Virus record (IMG/VR): IMGVR_UViG_3300025137_005412
Coordinates: 1 to 64,000 of that record
DNA length: 64,000 nt
Direction: 5' to 3' (one strand)
DNA from: a virus
Both the position numbers and the translations under genes were made by a program. Under the pieces are notes generated by a model. That model was not told where the DNA came from. It ran no database searches and saw only the letters and a program-made list of their open reading frames with translations. Below are positions 10,325 to 19,454 of the stretch, piece by piece. Positions within the stretch are counted from its first letter, which is position 1. Each line of letters starts with the position of its first letter.

Positions 10325-11270
10325 TACTGACATTACTAACATGGTCGATCCAGACTATGATAGAATTAAAAGATCAGTTGAAACTGATGGTATAGTATTA
10401 ATAAAAAAACAAAATACTAATCCAATACACTTCAGTAAAATCATAAGCAAAATATGGGGTATTGATAACTACAGATTCCTAGCATGGAATACTGATGGTT
10501 CATCTGCTAAGAATGCAATAGCAGCATTCACACAAAAACAAATGCCAAATCCAAATGCTGGTGATTATTGGGGACACGATGATTTTAGAGACAATGATGA
10601 TTATCCAGATCCATTTAATTTTCCAGCACATAAAACATATCCAGTACAACGTGTGACAGGAGAAAAGAGAGAAGGTAAGTGGACAGGAATATTCCAACTA
10701 GGTAAATTAGATTGGCATTGTAATTTAAACCAATTACATGGTGCAGATGGTGTAGCATTACAATCAATTCGAGGTTGTGAGAATACACCGACATTATTTA
10801 TGAATACAATTCCAGCATTAAAAGAAATGCCAGAAGATTTAAGAAAGAAAATAGAAGGTAGATATGCAACCTACATTTATGACTATGAAAAATGGGGTAA
10901 GGTTATGTCAAAAGAACAAGCAATGGTGTTTAAACTTGCTGGAAAGAAACCATTTAAGTTGTGGTTGATTCAGGAAAATGCTGGTGGTACTAAAGGTATC
11001 TATTGGCATAAGTTTAATCACATGCAAATCAATGATGATGAAGGACATAAGCTACGAGATGAATTAGAAGAATACTTATTTCAAGATAAGTATATCTACA
11101 CACATAATTGGGAGGTAGGTGATGTCATAATAATGGATCAATTACTAACTCAACACAAGAGAGTACCCGAAAAAGATGAGGTACTAGAAAATAGAGTTCT
11201 ACATAGGTTATCATTTAGGTTAACAAACCGAGGTGTACCGAGAGCTCTTGAATTGGCTAACCGGATATAA
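10290..11270 (+). CDS. TauD/TfdA-like Fe(II)/2OG dioxygenase, tandem paralog
   Basis: YPVQRVTGE, LDWHCN, HNWEVGDVIIMDQLLTQHKR, RVLHR shared with upstream gene. Confidence 0.8.
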   Translation: MMTMSTIITTLDTDITNMVDPDYDRIKRSVETDGIVLIKKQNTNPIHFSKIISKIWGIDNYRFLAWNTDGSSAKNAIAAFTQKQMPNPNAGDYWGHDDFRDNDDYPDPFNFPAHKTYPVQRVTGEKREGKWTGIFQLGKLDWHCNLNQLHGADGVALQSIRGCENTPTLFMNTIPALKEMPEDLRKKIEGRYATYIYDYEKWGKVMSKEQAMVFKLAGKKPFKLWLIQENAGGTKGIYWHKFNHMQINDDEGHKLRDELEEYLFQDKYIYTHNWEVGDVIIMDQLLTQHKRVPEKDEVLENRVLHRLSFRLTNRGVPRALELANRI

Positions 11271-11273
11271 ATA
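11266..11273 (+). promoter_or_regulatory. T4-type late promoter TATAAATA
   Basis: Exact gp55 consensus upstream of 11305 ORF. Confidence 0.7.
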
Positions 11274-11304
11274 CAGTATCCAAATAAACAAAGGAGAAAA
11301 ATAT

Positions 11305-11505
11305 ATGGAATCGATTAAAGAAATTGTAATGATGGGAGTAGACTGGGTAAAAGACAGACTATCTGAGAGAACATCTTGGGATGGTATTGTACTTATTGCT
11401 ATTGGAAGTTTAATTCTTATCGCATCTCCATTGACTAAAATTGCAGCACTTATCGCAATTGGTTATGGAGCATTTACTATCTTAAAAGATGAAGGTGTAT
11501 TTTAA
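11305..11505 (+). CDS. small membrane protein
   Basis: AAGGAG RBS before ATG 11305; ERTSWDG then two hydrophobic segments. Confidence 0.7.
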   Translation: MESIKEIVMMGVDWVKDRLSERTSWDGIVLIAIGSLILIASPLTKIAALIAIGYGAFTILKDEGVF

Positions 11506-11511
11506 TTATTT

Positions 11512-11531
11512 GGGGTAGCTTCGGCTACCCC
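11512..11531 (+). terminator. GC-rich cUUCGg hairpin (terminator or RNA stabiliser)
   Basis: GGGGTAGC-TTCG-GCTACCCC, 8-bp stem; weak U-tract. Confidence 0.7.
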
Positions 11532-11547
11532 TACTTGCGAGATTAAT

Positions 11548-11859
11548 ATGATAAGAGATTGGGGATACTGGGAAGTACTCAACGAAGGTAAAAACTACAA
11601 AGTCAAAAAACTGGTAATTCTACCAGATAAATCACTATCAATGCAGAAACACTATAAGAGAGCCGAGTATTGGACTCTGGTCAAGGGTGAGTGTTATGTA
11701 GAGAATGAATATGGTGTATCTACCAAACTTATACCATTTAAAGTATATCACATACCCGTGCAGGCATGGCACAAGGCATATAATAATGGATATGAAGAAG
11801 CCGAGGTCATAGAGATATGGGAAGGTGAATCTGACGAAAACGATATAGAAAGGTCCTAG
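11548..11859 (+). CDS. cupin, mannose-6-phosphate isomerase type II C-terminal-like
   Basis: RDWGYWEVL, SLSMQKHYKRAEYW, EENDIER-like end. Confidence 0.8.
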   Translation: MIRDWGYWEVLNEGKNYKVKKLVILPDKSLSMQKHYKRAEYWTLVKGECYVENEYGVSTKLIPFKVYHIPVQAWHKAYNNGYEEAEVIEIWEGESDENDIERS

Positions 11860-12030
11860 AAGCTGTGTTTTGCTCGAGACAGCCTTCCAAAGCATGATCC
11901 GAGCACCATCTCGAGGCTGTTAAAATAAGGATTCTCACATATATATCATAATGTATAGTTATTAGTAAATAGAGCAAAAAGCACCAAATATCACACCATG
12001 CTGCTTTTTTTTGATTATTTTAAAAAAAAC

Positions 12031-12051
12031 TCGCTTATAGAGTATAATATT
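12031..12051 (+). promoter_or_regulatory. putative promoter TCGCTT-N3-GAGTATAATATT (copy 1)
   Basis: 19/21 identical to 51306-51326; contains TATAAT. Confidence 0.55.
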
Positions 12052-12093
12052 TATGTATCATTAAAAATCATAGCAAAAACAGGAGGATAATAT

Positions 12094-13032
12094 ATGGCAC
12101 ATCAAGTAGAAACAATGGCGTATGCAGGTGAATTACCATGGCATGGTCTTGGAGTTAAGGTCAACGATGACCTTTCACCAGCTGAAATACAAAGAGAAGC
12201 TGGATTAGAATGGGAAGTTGAAAAAATTCCTATGTTTGCAAGGTCTGGTGAATCTGAAATAAAGATTCCTAATCAGACTGCGCTGGTCCGTGAATCGGAT
12301 AATAAAGTCTTATCAATTGTAGGTGATAACTGGGAGCCAGTACAAAACAGTACAGCTTTTGAGTTCTTCACAGACTTTGTAAAACAAGGTAAAATGAAAA
12401 TGCACACAGCAGGTTCATTACTTGACGGTAAGATGGTATGGGCATTAGCTAAAGTAGAAGATGACTTTGAACTATTCAATGGTGACAAAGTAGAATCTTA
12501 TTTACTTTTCTCTAACCCACACCAATATGGTAAATCTATTGATGTTAGATTTTCACCAATCAGAGTTGTATGCAATAATACATTGACAATGGCTCTTGGT
12601 GGTAAATCTGGTGTCACACTAGATCACCGTAAAGCTTTTGATTCTCAAACAGTTCAACAAACTATGGGACTGGCACATGAGTCAATGGACGAATACAAAG
12701 AAGTTGCAGAATTTCTTGGTTCTAAACGTTATACTAAAGATACATTGAATCAGTACTTCTCTGATGTCTTTGGTAAATCATCCAAATCAGATGACAATGA
12801 GCTTATACTTACTCGTAATGGTAATAAAGCTCTTGATATTATCGACACCCAACCAGGTGCTGATTTTCAACGAGGTTCATTCTGGCAAGCACTGAATGCA
12901 GTGACTTACTTAGCTGATCATGAATTAGCTAATACCAGAGACATGAGAATGTATGCCTCTTGGTTTGGAGCAAATCGTGTTAAAAAGATTAATGCGGTTA
13001 AAAAAGCTGTAGAATATGCAAAAGCTGCATAA
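12094..13032 (+). CDS. DUF932/DUF945-family phage protein
   Basis: PWHGLG, TAGSL..GK.VW, PIRVVCNNT, NAVTY..DH; GGAGG RBS. Confidence 0.85.
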   Translation: MAHQVETMAYAGELPWHGLGVKVNDDLSPAEIQREAGLEWEVEKIPMFARSGESEIKIPNQTALVRESDNKVLSIVGDNWEPVQNSTAFEFFTDFVKQGKMKMHTAGSLLDGKMVWALAKVEDDFELFNGDKVESYLLFSNPHQYGKSIDVRFSPIRVVCNNTLTMALGGKSGVTLDHRKAFDSQTVQQTMGLAHESMDEYKEVAEFLGSKRYTKDTLNQYFSDVFGKSSKSDDNELILTRNGNKALDIIDTQPGADFQRGSFWQALNAVTYLADHELANTRDMRMYASWFGANRVKKINAVKKAVEYAKAA

Positions 13033-13909
13033 CACTAAAGCTTTAACCCTAGATAGCGTGGCCATAGAGCCACGCTACTCTACAATATTAAAGTCAGACA
13101 AAATAGATTTGGAGATCAATGAAAGACCTCCAATATGGGCATCTTCTGATCCTGCTACAGGAACAATGGAGATAGCAAAAATTTTATCAGCATCAAAATT
13201 AGGTACATTATTACATACAAATTATGACATAGATTCTTTATACGATTTCTTCTTTGAAGAAAAACCTTATGTTGCATTATCCATTGGTGACACTGAAGGT
13301 CAATTACAAAAATGGAATAAACTAAAAAGTAAGTTGCCTGCAGGTAATATAAAGTATGTGAACTTAGAGACAAACAATGCACATAGTATAGAGTATCTTT
13401 ATAAGGTAGCTAAATTTAAAGAGGAGAATGAAAATGTCAGAATCATCGCAGGACCCGTTTCAGATGAAACAGCCACAAGGAAACTTTTCGAAGTGGGTGC
13501 AGAAATTACAAGGATTGGATTTGATGCTCGTTTCGATAACGAAAATTTTATGGAGACTGGTGTTGGTAGTCCTCACGCTAGTGTTCTTCTTAGTAATGGT
13601 GAAATTGCTAGGGAGCATAATGGGTATATCATGGCTTCTGGATTCTATCCTGATGCAGCTGACATTGCCAAGTGTATAGCTTGCGGAGCTTCATCAGTAG
13701 AGATATCTAATATGTTCTTTGGTCATGATGAATGTGCTGGTGCTACACATGCGGACAAAGGTACAATGACTAAGAATGGTGTAGTGTTCAGAGGTAAAAT
13801 TATAAATACAGTATATTCGATTCTACATATTTTAGAGAAATCATGTAGACAAGCAGGCTTTAAATCATTAACTAAATTTAGAGATGAAGCCAAGCTAGTT
13901 ATCATTTAA
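13016..13909 (+). CDS. GMP reductase/IMPDH-like TIM barrel, catalytic Cys absent
   Basis: DSVAIEPRYS, NAHS, IIAGPV, TGVGSP, DIAKCIACGA, MFFGHDEC; GPGSVCTTR loop replaced. Confidence 0.7.
   Translation: MQKLHNTKALTLDSVAIEPRYSTILKSDKIDLEINERPPIWASSDPATGTMEIAKILSASKLGTLLHTNYDIDSLYDFFFEEKPYVALSIGDTEGQLQKWNKLKSKLPAGNIKYVNLETNNAHSIEYLYKVAKFKEENENVRIIAGPVSDETATRKLFEVGAEITRIGFDARFDNENFMETGVGSPHASVLLSNGEIAREHNGYIMASGFYPDAADIAKCIACGASSVEISNMFFGHDECAGATHADKGTMTKNGVVFRGKIINTVYSILHILEKSCRQAGFKSLTKFRDEAKLVII
13054..13077 (+). terminator. 9-bp hairpin just past the DUF932 stop, inside next gene
   Basis: TAGCGTGGC-CATAGA-GCCACGCTA. Confidence 0.5.
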
Positions 13910-13917
13910 TATAAATA
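13910..13917 (+). promoter_or_regulatory. T4-type late promoter TATAAATA
   Basis: Exact consensus in intergenic region. Confidence 0.65.
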
Positions 13918-14018
13918 TAGTATACAAAACAGTTGGTACACTGCTTATAAAACAACCGCAAAGCTACTAAATTAAATTTAACTTCATTATTTTAAATCAT
14001 TTTATAAGAGATATTAAC

Positions 14019-14207
14019 ATGGGATTATACGAAAGCCTTTTCATAACAACAATGATTACCTTTATTGGTTTTCTGGCATGGCGTGTTTATCTCATCGAAA
14101 CAAATCACCTTACACATATTGAAAAAGCCATCACCGAAATACAAACCGATATGAAATGGCTTATCAAATTTCATCAAGAAGAAAAATCCCCCAAGAAAAA
14201 AAAATAA
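14019..14207 (+). CDS. small membrane-anchored protein
   Basis: N-terminal hydrophobic helix, NHLTHI, basic C-terminus. Confidence 0.6.
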   Translation: MGLYESLFITTMITFIGFLAWRVYLIETNHLTHIEKAITEIQTDMKWLIKFHQEEKSPKKKK

Positions 14208-14240
14208 GATCGTAGTATAATCTCTATACAAGGAGATTTT

Positions 14241-15464
14241 ATGGCACTATCTAAAAAACGGTCTAAGAATGCGGCTCTGTTAAAGGAGCTACGCAACCCT
14301 ACAGAACCAATTGCACCTACTCAATTAGAACTTGACAAATGGTCAGGCTACGAATATCAACGGCATAAAAGAAATGCTGAGGATTGGTATCGCATGGAAA
14401 AAGGCAAGAAAGATATGAAAGCCTATGTCATGGAATATGTAAAGAATACCAGACCTGATCAATATAAGATTATAAAGAACAATGTTGAATGGAGATTTGG
14501 TGCAGTCACAGGTTATTCATGTCGTATGCAAACAAAAGGCTGGCCAGATTATCATAAGAAAGAAGCAGATTATTGGAAAACTCTTGGTGGTACAATTGGA
14601 GAAATGAAACCAATTAGTGTTTACATCAATAGAAGACTAGATGAATTATATGACAATGGTCTTAAAGAACAGGTAGATGAAGATGAAGATGATAAACCAA
14701 CTGTTATACGTAAATCACCTATAGAACTATATAAAGAAAAAGTTTGGAACACTGTCATGACAGATCTTATTAAGATGGAAGATGATTGGATTGATGGTAA
14801 ACAAACAACATTGAATATTTATGATCTGTATCAGAAATATGGTCTTACTTCTAAAGCCAATGTAATTGTAGAAGAACAAATTAATAAGTGGCATGAAGAG
14901 TATACTGAATTATTAAAAGTAAGAAAGATTAAAGATCGTACTGATTGGGACGAGCAACTCGTTGAAGGTTATTCTCATCTTACAGATAAAGAAGCTAAGT
15001 TTAGAGTAAAGTCTTTAGATAATATTAAAGCTGATCTTGAAAGTATTAAAAAGTCTACACAAACACAGCGTAAGTCAAGAGTTAAGAAAGCACCATCAGC
15101 TGAAAGGCAAGTTAAGAATCTTAATTATGAACCAGAGAATCGTGACTTTAAAGTAGTATCATTAAATCCTGAACAGATTATTGGTACTCATAGATTATTA
15201 GTCTTCAGTACAAAATATCAAAGACTTGAAGAATATCTTTCAGATCGAGTAGATGGTTTTGAAATCAAAGGTCAAGCATTACAACATATTGATAAGATGA
15301 GAGGTAAGAAGCTTCGAAAGCCTTTAGAATTCTTGCCAATCGCGCTATCAAAGACTGAGCGACAGTTTGATAAAGAATATGAAAAACTGACTACTAAGGA
15401 GTATAAACCTAATGGAAGGTTCAATAAAGCTCTCATTATTTTAAGAGCTGAGAAAAGGAGATAA
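14241..15464 (+). CDS. conserved T4-like hypothetical protein
   Basis: 407 aa; AAGGAG RBS; LVEGYSHL, KKLRKP, NGRFN motifs. Confidence 0.7.
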   Translation: MALSKKRSKNAALLKELRNPTEPIAPTQLELDKWSGYEYQRHKRNAEDWYRMEKGKKDMKAYVMEYVKNTRPDQYKIIKNNVEWRFGAVTGYSCRMQTKGWPDYHKKEADYWKTLGGTIGEMKPISVYINRRLDELYDNGLKEQVDEDEDDKPTVIRKSPIELYKEKVWNTVMTDLIKMEDDWIDGKQTTLNIYDLYQKYGLTSKANVIVEEQINKWHEEYTELLKVRKIKDRTDWDEQLVEGYSHLTDKEAKFRVKSLDNIKADLESIKKSTQTQRKSRVKKAPSAERQVKNLNYEPENRDFKVVSLNPEQIIGTHRLLVFSTKYQRLEEYLSDRVDGFEIKGQALQHIDKMRGKKLRKPLEFLPIALSKTERQFDKEYEKLTTKEYKPNGRFNKALIILRAEKRR

Positions 15465-15465
15465 T

Positions 15466-16122
15466 ATGAAAATAAGTAAACGTACATTATCAATACTAAA
15501 AAACTTTGCGACTATAAATCAGTCCATTGTTATTAATGAAGGTAATGTCATTGAAACAATATCAAATGTAAAAGATATATTTGCTAAAGCCGAAGTTGAT
15601 GAAACATTCGATAAGGAATTTGCAATTTATGATTTAAACGAGTTCTTAGGTACTATATCTCTATTTGATTTAGATGCTGACTTTAAGTTTGGTGATGATT
15701 CAGTTATTATCTCTGATGGTACTGCACAACAAAAATACTTCTATGCAGATAAAAGTATAGTTGCAACACCACCTGAAAAAGGTATCACCTTACCATCTGT
15801 TGAAGTTGAAAAGAATATTACTAAAGAAGATCTAACTAGATTAGCTAAAGCAGCTTCAATTAATAATGCTTCAGATATTACGTTTACAGAAGCAGGTATA
15901 CTTGTCCATGATAAAACAATACCTACATCAAATAAATTTACTATCAGTCAGAAAGAAAAAGGTTCTGCCAAATATAATCTATCAATCTCAGTAGATAAAC
16001 TTAAGTTTATTCTTGATGATTACAAAATATCTATTTGTGCTAAAGGATTATCTTTATTTTCTGGTGCCAGTGGTATTGATTACTTTGTAGCACTACAACC
16101 TGATGGTGAATATGGCAATTGA
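15466..16122 (+). CDS. gp45: sliding clamp
   Basis: MKISKRTLSILKNFATINQSI, FAIYDLNEFL, YFVALQPD. Confidence 0.95.
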   Translation: MKISKRTLSILKNFATINQSIVINEGNVIETISNVKDIFAKAEVDETFDKEFAIYDLNEFLGTISLFDLDADFKFGDDSVIISDGTAQQKYFYADKSIVATPPEKGITLPSVEVEKNITKEDLTRLAKAASINNASDITFTEAGILVHDKTIPTSNKFTISQKEKGSAKYNLSISVDKLKFILDDYKISICAKGLSLFSGASGIDYFVALQPDGEYGN

Positions 16123-16381
16123 GTTAGAAGATGAAGATCGTCAGGGTCTTGAAGATGCTATTGAAGATGCTACACATGCCGCTGAAAGGTATCTTACATC
16201 TGAAAAGCAGATACATAAAAAATTATTAGAAGTCACAGTAGATGATGCATTACACGCATTATCTTTATATAAAGATTTATTGGTAGATGATCCTAAGAAA
16301 GAAACTTATAAGATTCATTTATTAGTACCCGTACAAATTATAGAAATGTTAAAGGAAAAAGATGAAAATACAAAAGGCTGA
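16112..16381 (+). CDS. hypothetical acidic protein
   Basis: ORF coupled between gp45 and dCMP deaminase. Confidence 0.55.
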   Translation: MAIELEDEDRQGLEDAIEDATHAAERYLTSEKQIHKKLLEVTVDDALHALSLYKDLLVDDPKKETYKIHLLVPVQIIEMLKEKDENTKG

Positions 16382-16796
16382 TAAGTTATACGGTGAATTA
16401 GCAGATTTCATTGGCCAACAATCTACAAGCAGACGCTTTAAGTGTGGAGCTGTATTAGTAGAAGATGGTCTAGAAAATATTATTGCTTTTGGTTATAATG
16501 GTACTCCACGTGGTTGGGATAATAACTGCGAACATTATAATGACAGTTCTGAAGAACTGGAAACTAAAAGAGAGGTTTTGCATGCGGAAACAAACGCAAT
16601 TGCGAAAGTCGCACGAACTACATCTAGCTCTGAGGGATCGACGCTTTATGTCTCACTATCTCCTTGCTATGATTGTGCAAAGCTCGTCTATCAAGCTGGT
16701 GTGGTCCGTGTTGTCTATAATAAAGAATACCGAGATAGATCAGGAATTGATTTTCTATTAGAAGCGGGAGTTGAATGTGAAGAAAGAGAACTTTGA
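16362..16796 (+). CDS. cd: dCMP deaminase
   Basis: GYNGTP, HAETNAI, SPCYDC. Confidence 0.93.
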   Translation: MKIQKADKLYGELADFIGQQSTSRRFKCGAVLVEDGLENIIAFGYNGTPRGWDNNCEHYNDSSEELETKREVLHAETNAIAKVARTTSSSEGSTLYVSLSPCYDCAKLVYQAGVVRVVYNKEYRDRSGIDFLLEAGVECEEREL

Positions 16797-17007
16797 TCTG
16801 AAGAAAAAGAAATCTGCATGGTCAAGGAAGACAGAAAAATTAGACAAACAATGGAAAGATGGCTTTAAACCATTAGGTAAACCAGGAACAATAAAAAATT
16901 CTATAGCCATTGAGTATAATGGTAAGATATATGACAGTTTATCTTCAGCGTCTAGAAAGACTGGAAGATCTATTGGTTATATTAAGAAGCATAGCAAGGA
17001 GTTATAA
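16771..17007 (+). CDS. small protein with NUMOD1-like HTH
   Basis: IEYNGKIYDSLSSASRKTG. Confidence 0.5.
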   Translation: MNVKKENFDLKKKKSAWSRKTEKLDKQWKDGFKPLGKPGTIKNSIAIEYNGKIYDSLSSASRKTGRSIGYIKKHSKEL

Positions 17008-17942
17008 TGAAAGAACATTTTTTATGGGTAGAAAAATATCGTCCTAAAACTATAGACGATTGTATTCTACCAGACAAGTTAAAGCAAACGTTTATTAACC
17101 TTAGAGATAAAGGTAATATGATGAACTTGCTTTTATCAGGTTCGGCAGGCACAGGCAAAACTACAGTTGCTCGTGCTCTATGCGAAGAGCAAGGCTGTGA
17201 TTACATTATAATCAACGGTTCAGATGAGGGTAGATCTATAGATATACTCAGAGATAAGATAAAGAAATTCGTCTCTACTGTTTCAACTACTGCTAAGCCG
17301 AAAGTGGTGATTATTGATGAGGCTGATTACTTAGGTATCGCTGTCCAACCTGCTCTTCGCAATTTTATTGAAGAGTTTAGTTCAAATGCTAGATTTATAT
17401 TAACATGTAATTTCAAGCATAAGATTATTCCACCTTTACATTCAAGGTGTAGTGTTATAGACTTTAGTATATCTAAAGCTGATATGGCTGCAAATGCTGG
17501 TGGTATTGCTAAAAGATGCATGCATATTCTTGACAATGAAAAAGTCAAGTATGAAAAACAAGCAGTGCTTGAAGTTGTAAAATCTTATTTCCCTGATAAT
17601 CGTAGAATCATAAATGAATTACAAAGATATTCTCATATTGATAATAACATTGATAGTGGTATCATTGCAGTTGTAAATACAACAAAAGTAAAAACACTTG
17701 TAAAATATATTAAGCAAAAAGATTTTAAATCATGTCGAGCATGGATCGCTGATAATCCTGATGCTGATTCTTTATTCAATGAGTTCTATCAATCTATAAA
17801 TGAATATGTAGAACCATCTTCAATACCAAATCTTATATTGATTATCGGTGAGTACTTACATAGAGCTGCATTCGTCACGAATCAAGAAATTAATTTAGCT
17901 GCATTTGTGGTAGAGGTAATGAAGAATGTCAAGTTCCGTTAA
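17007..17942 (+). CDS. gp44: clamp loader large subunit (AAA+)
   Basis: LWVEKYRP, GSAGTGKT, IIDEAD, LHSRC. Confidence 0.96.
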   Translation: MKEHFLWVEKYRPKTIDDCILPDKLKQTFINLRDKGNMMNLLLSGSAGTGKTTVARALCEEQGCDYIIINGSDEGRSIDILRDKIKKFVSTVSTTAKPKVVIIDEADYLGIAVQPALRNFIEEFSSNARFILTCNFKHKIIPPLHSRCSVIDFSISKADMAANAGGIAKRCMHILDNEKVKYEKQAVLEVVKSYFPDNRRIINELQRYSHIDNNIDSGIIAVVNTTKVKTLVKYIKQKDFKSCRAWIADNPDADSLFNEFYQSINEYVEPSSIPNLILIIGEYLHRAAFVTNQEINLAAFVVEVMKNVKFR

Positions 17943-18573
17943 AATAATCAGTTATACCAATGCACCAGGCACTCCTGAGGACAAAGTTTTAACTGATCTA
18001 ATAGCATATACAGCTAGAGTTTCTAATCCATCCAATCAAGACAATAAGGCGACTCAGGACAAGCTCCTTAAATACTTAATGAAGAATCAACATTGGTCAC
18101 CATTCGAAATGGTTAATGTTTGTATGGAAATTAAAACAACAAGAGATATTGCAAGACAAATATTAAGACATAGAAGTTTCTCATTCCAAGAGTTTAGTCA
18201 AAGGTATGCTGTTGCCAACTCCTTTACTCTTAGAGAGGCTAGAATACAAGACACTAAGAACAGACAGAATTCACATGACAATTTAGATATAAAACTAGAA
18301 AGAGACTGGTTGAATAAACAACAAGACTTGGTTGATAAAGCTAGAGAGTTATATGAATGGGCATTGGAAAACAAGATTGCTAAAGAGCAAGCCAGAGCAG
18401 TCTTACCAGAGGGATTAACAAATTCAACTTTATATATGAATGGCACATTGCGAAGTTGGATACATTACATTGATTTGAGAATTGCTAATGGAACTCAAAA
18501 AGAACATAGAGAAGTGGCAGAAAAATGCTTGGAACAGATTTCAAAAATCTTTCCTGCAATCCAAGGTAAATAG
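17926..18573 (+). CDS. thyX: FAD-dependent thymidylate synthase
   Basis: HWSPFE, RHRSFSFQEFSQRY, KEQARAVLP. Confidence 0.96.
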   Translation: MSSSVKIISYTNAPGTPEDKVLTDLIAYTARVSNPSNQDNKATQDKLLKYLMKNQHWSPFEMVNVCMEIKTTRDIARQILRHRSFSFQEFSQRYAVANSFTLREARIQDTKNRQNSHDNLDIKLERDWLNKQQDLVDKARELYEWALENKIAKEQARAVLPEGLTNSTLYMNGTLRSWIHYIDLRIANGTQKEHREVAEKCLEQISKIFPAIQGK

Positions 18574-19051
18574 AATATACTTTTTTAAAAGTACTCACTA
18601 CCCTAGGAAAAGAGCCAAAACCATGGGATATAATGAAATACACCCATGCTATATTGTCAGAAATGGCAATGGATTTTATGCATGGGAAAAAGGTACTTAT
18701 TATAATAGTCATAGAAGAATATCAAAGTTTAGTGGATTAAAGATTGGTATATTAGATTACGGAGTATCATTTGGATTAATCTCTGGTTATAAACCTAGAA
18801 ACTTTATGAAGATACTCTTAAAGTCTGGCAAAATGCCATATATCTTATTTCACTCTTCATCTGCATTTCATATACCAGCATTTATGGTATTTCCTAATCA
18901 ATTTTGGATTGTTTGTAAATATGAAGAAAAAACTATGCTGGGTCAGTATAAAGATCTAGTAAGCCATTGGAGAATAAAGAAAAGTTATGCAAATAGATTT
19001 ATTTGGAAACGTAATAATAAAGCAGGAAGAAGAAGAGTTAAGGGTAAATAA
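18482..19051 (+). CDS. hypothetical basic protein (start uncertain)
   Basis: Only long ORF filling 18574-18986 gap; overlaps both neighbours. Confidence 0.4.
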   Translation: MLMELKKNIEKWQKNAWNRFQKSFLQSKVNRIYFFKSTHYPRKRAKTMGYNEIHPCYIVRNGNGFYAWEKGTYYNSHRRISKFSGLKIGILDYGVSFGLISGYKPRNFMKILLKSGKMPYILFHSSSAFHIPAFMVFPNQFWIVCKYEEKTMLGQYKDLVSHWRIKKSYANRFIWKRNNKAGRRRVKGK

Positions 19052-19415
19052 GCCTTCACCTTTCGACTTTATTAAATCAATATCTAATAAGACATTCAAA
19101 GAAGATCTCTTTGGTTATGTTAAGTACGTAATCAATCTAGGATTTTCTATGAGATCTGATACTGTTCATTATGCAAATGAAATGAACAAATATGATAATG
19201 TATCTGATGCAGAACAATATGCATTTTACTTTCATGCTATGCCAAAGAAAAATTACTTTGCTAAATGGCAGAAGATGAATAAGACTGATGGTATTGATGA
19301 AGTAGCAGAATACTTTTCTATCTCTAAGAGAGCAGCAATTGACTACTGTAAGACACTTAAACCTGATCAAGTAAAATATATCAAATCCTTAAACCTTAAG
19401 GGTGGCATAAAATAA
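18987..19415 (+). CDS. gp62: clamp loader small subunit
   Basis: SPFDFIKSI, YANEMN, FAKW; synteny upstream of regA. Confidence 0.85.
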   Translation: MQIDLFGNVIIKQEEEELRVNKPSPFDFIKSISNKTFKEDLFGYVKYVINLGFSMRSDTVHYANEMNKYDNVSDAEQYAFYFHAMPKKNYFAKWQKMNKTDGIDEVAEYFSISKRAAIDYCKTLKPDQVKYIKSLNLKGGIK

Positions 19416-19454
19416 ATACAGTAGGCGTATCTAACATGATTTTTAAAGGTTATA

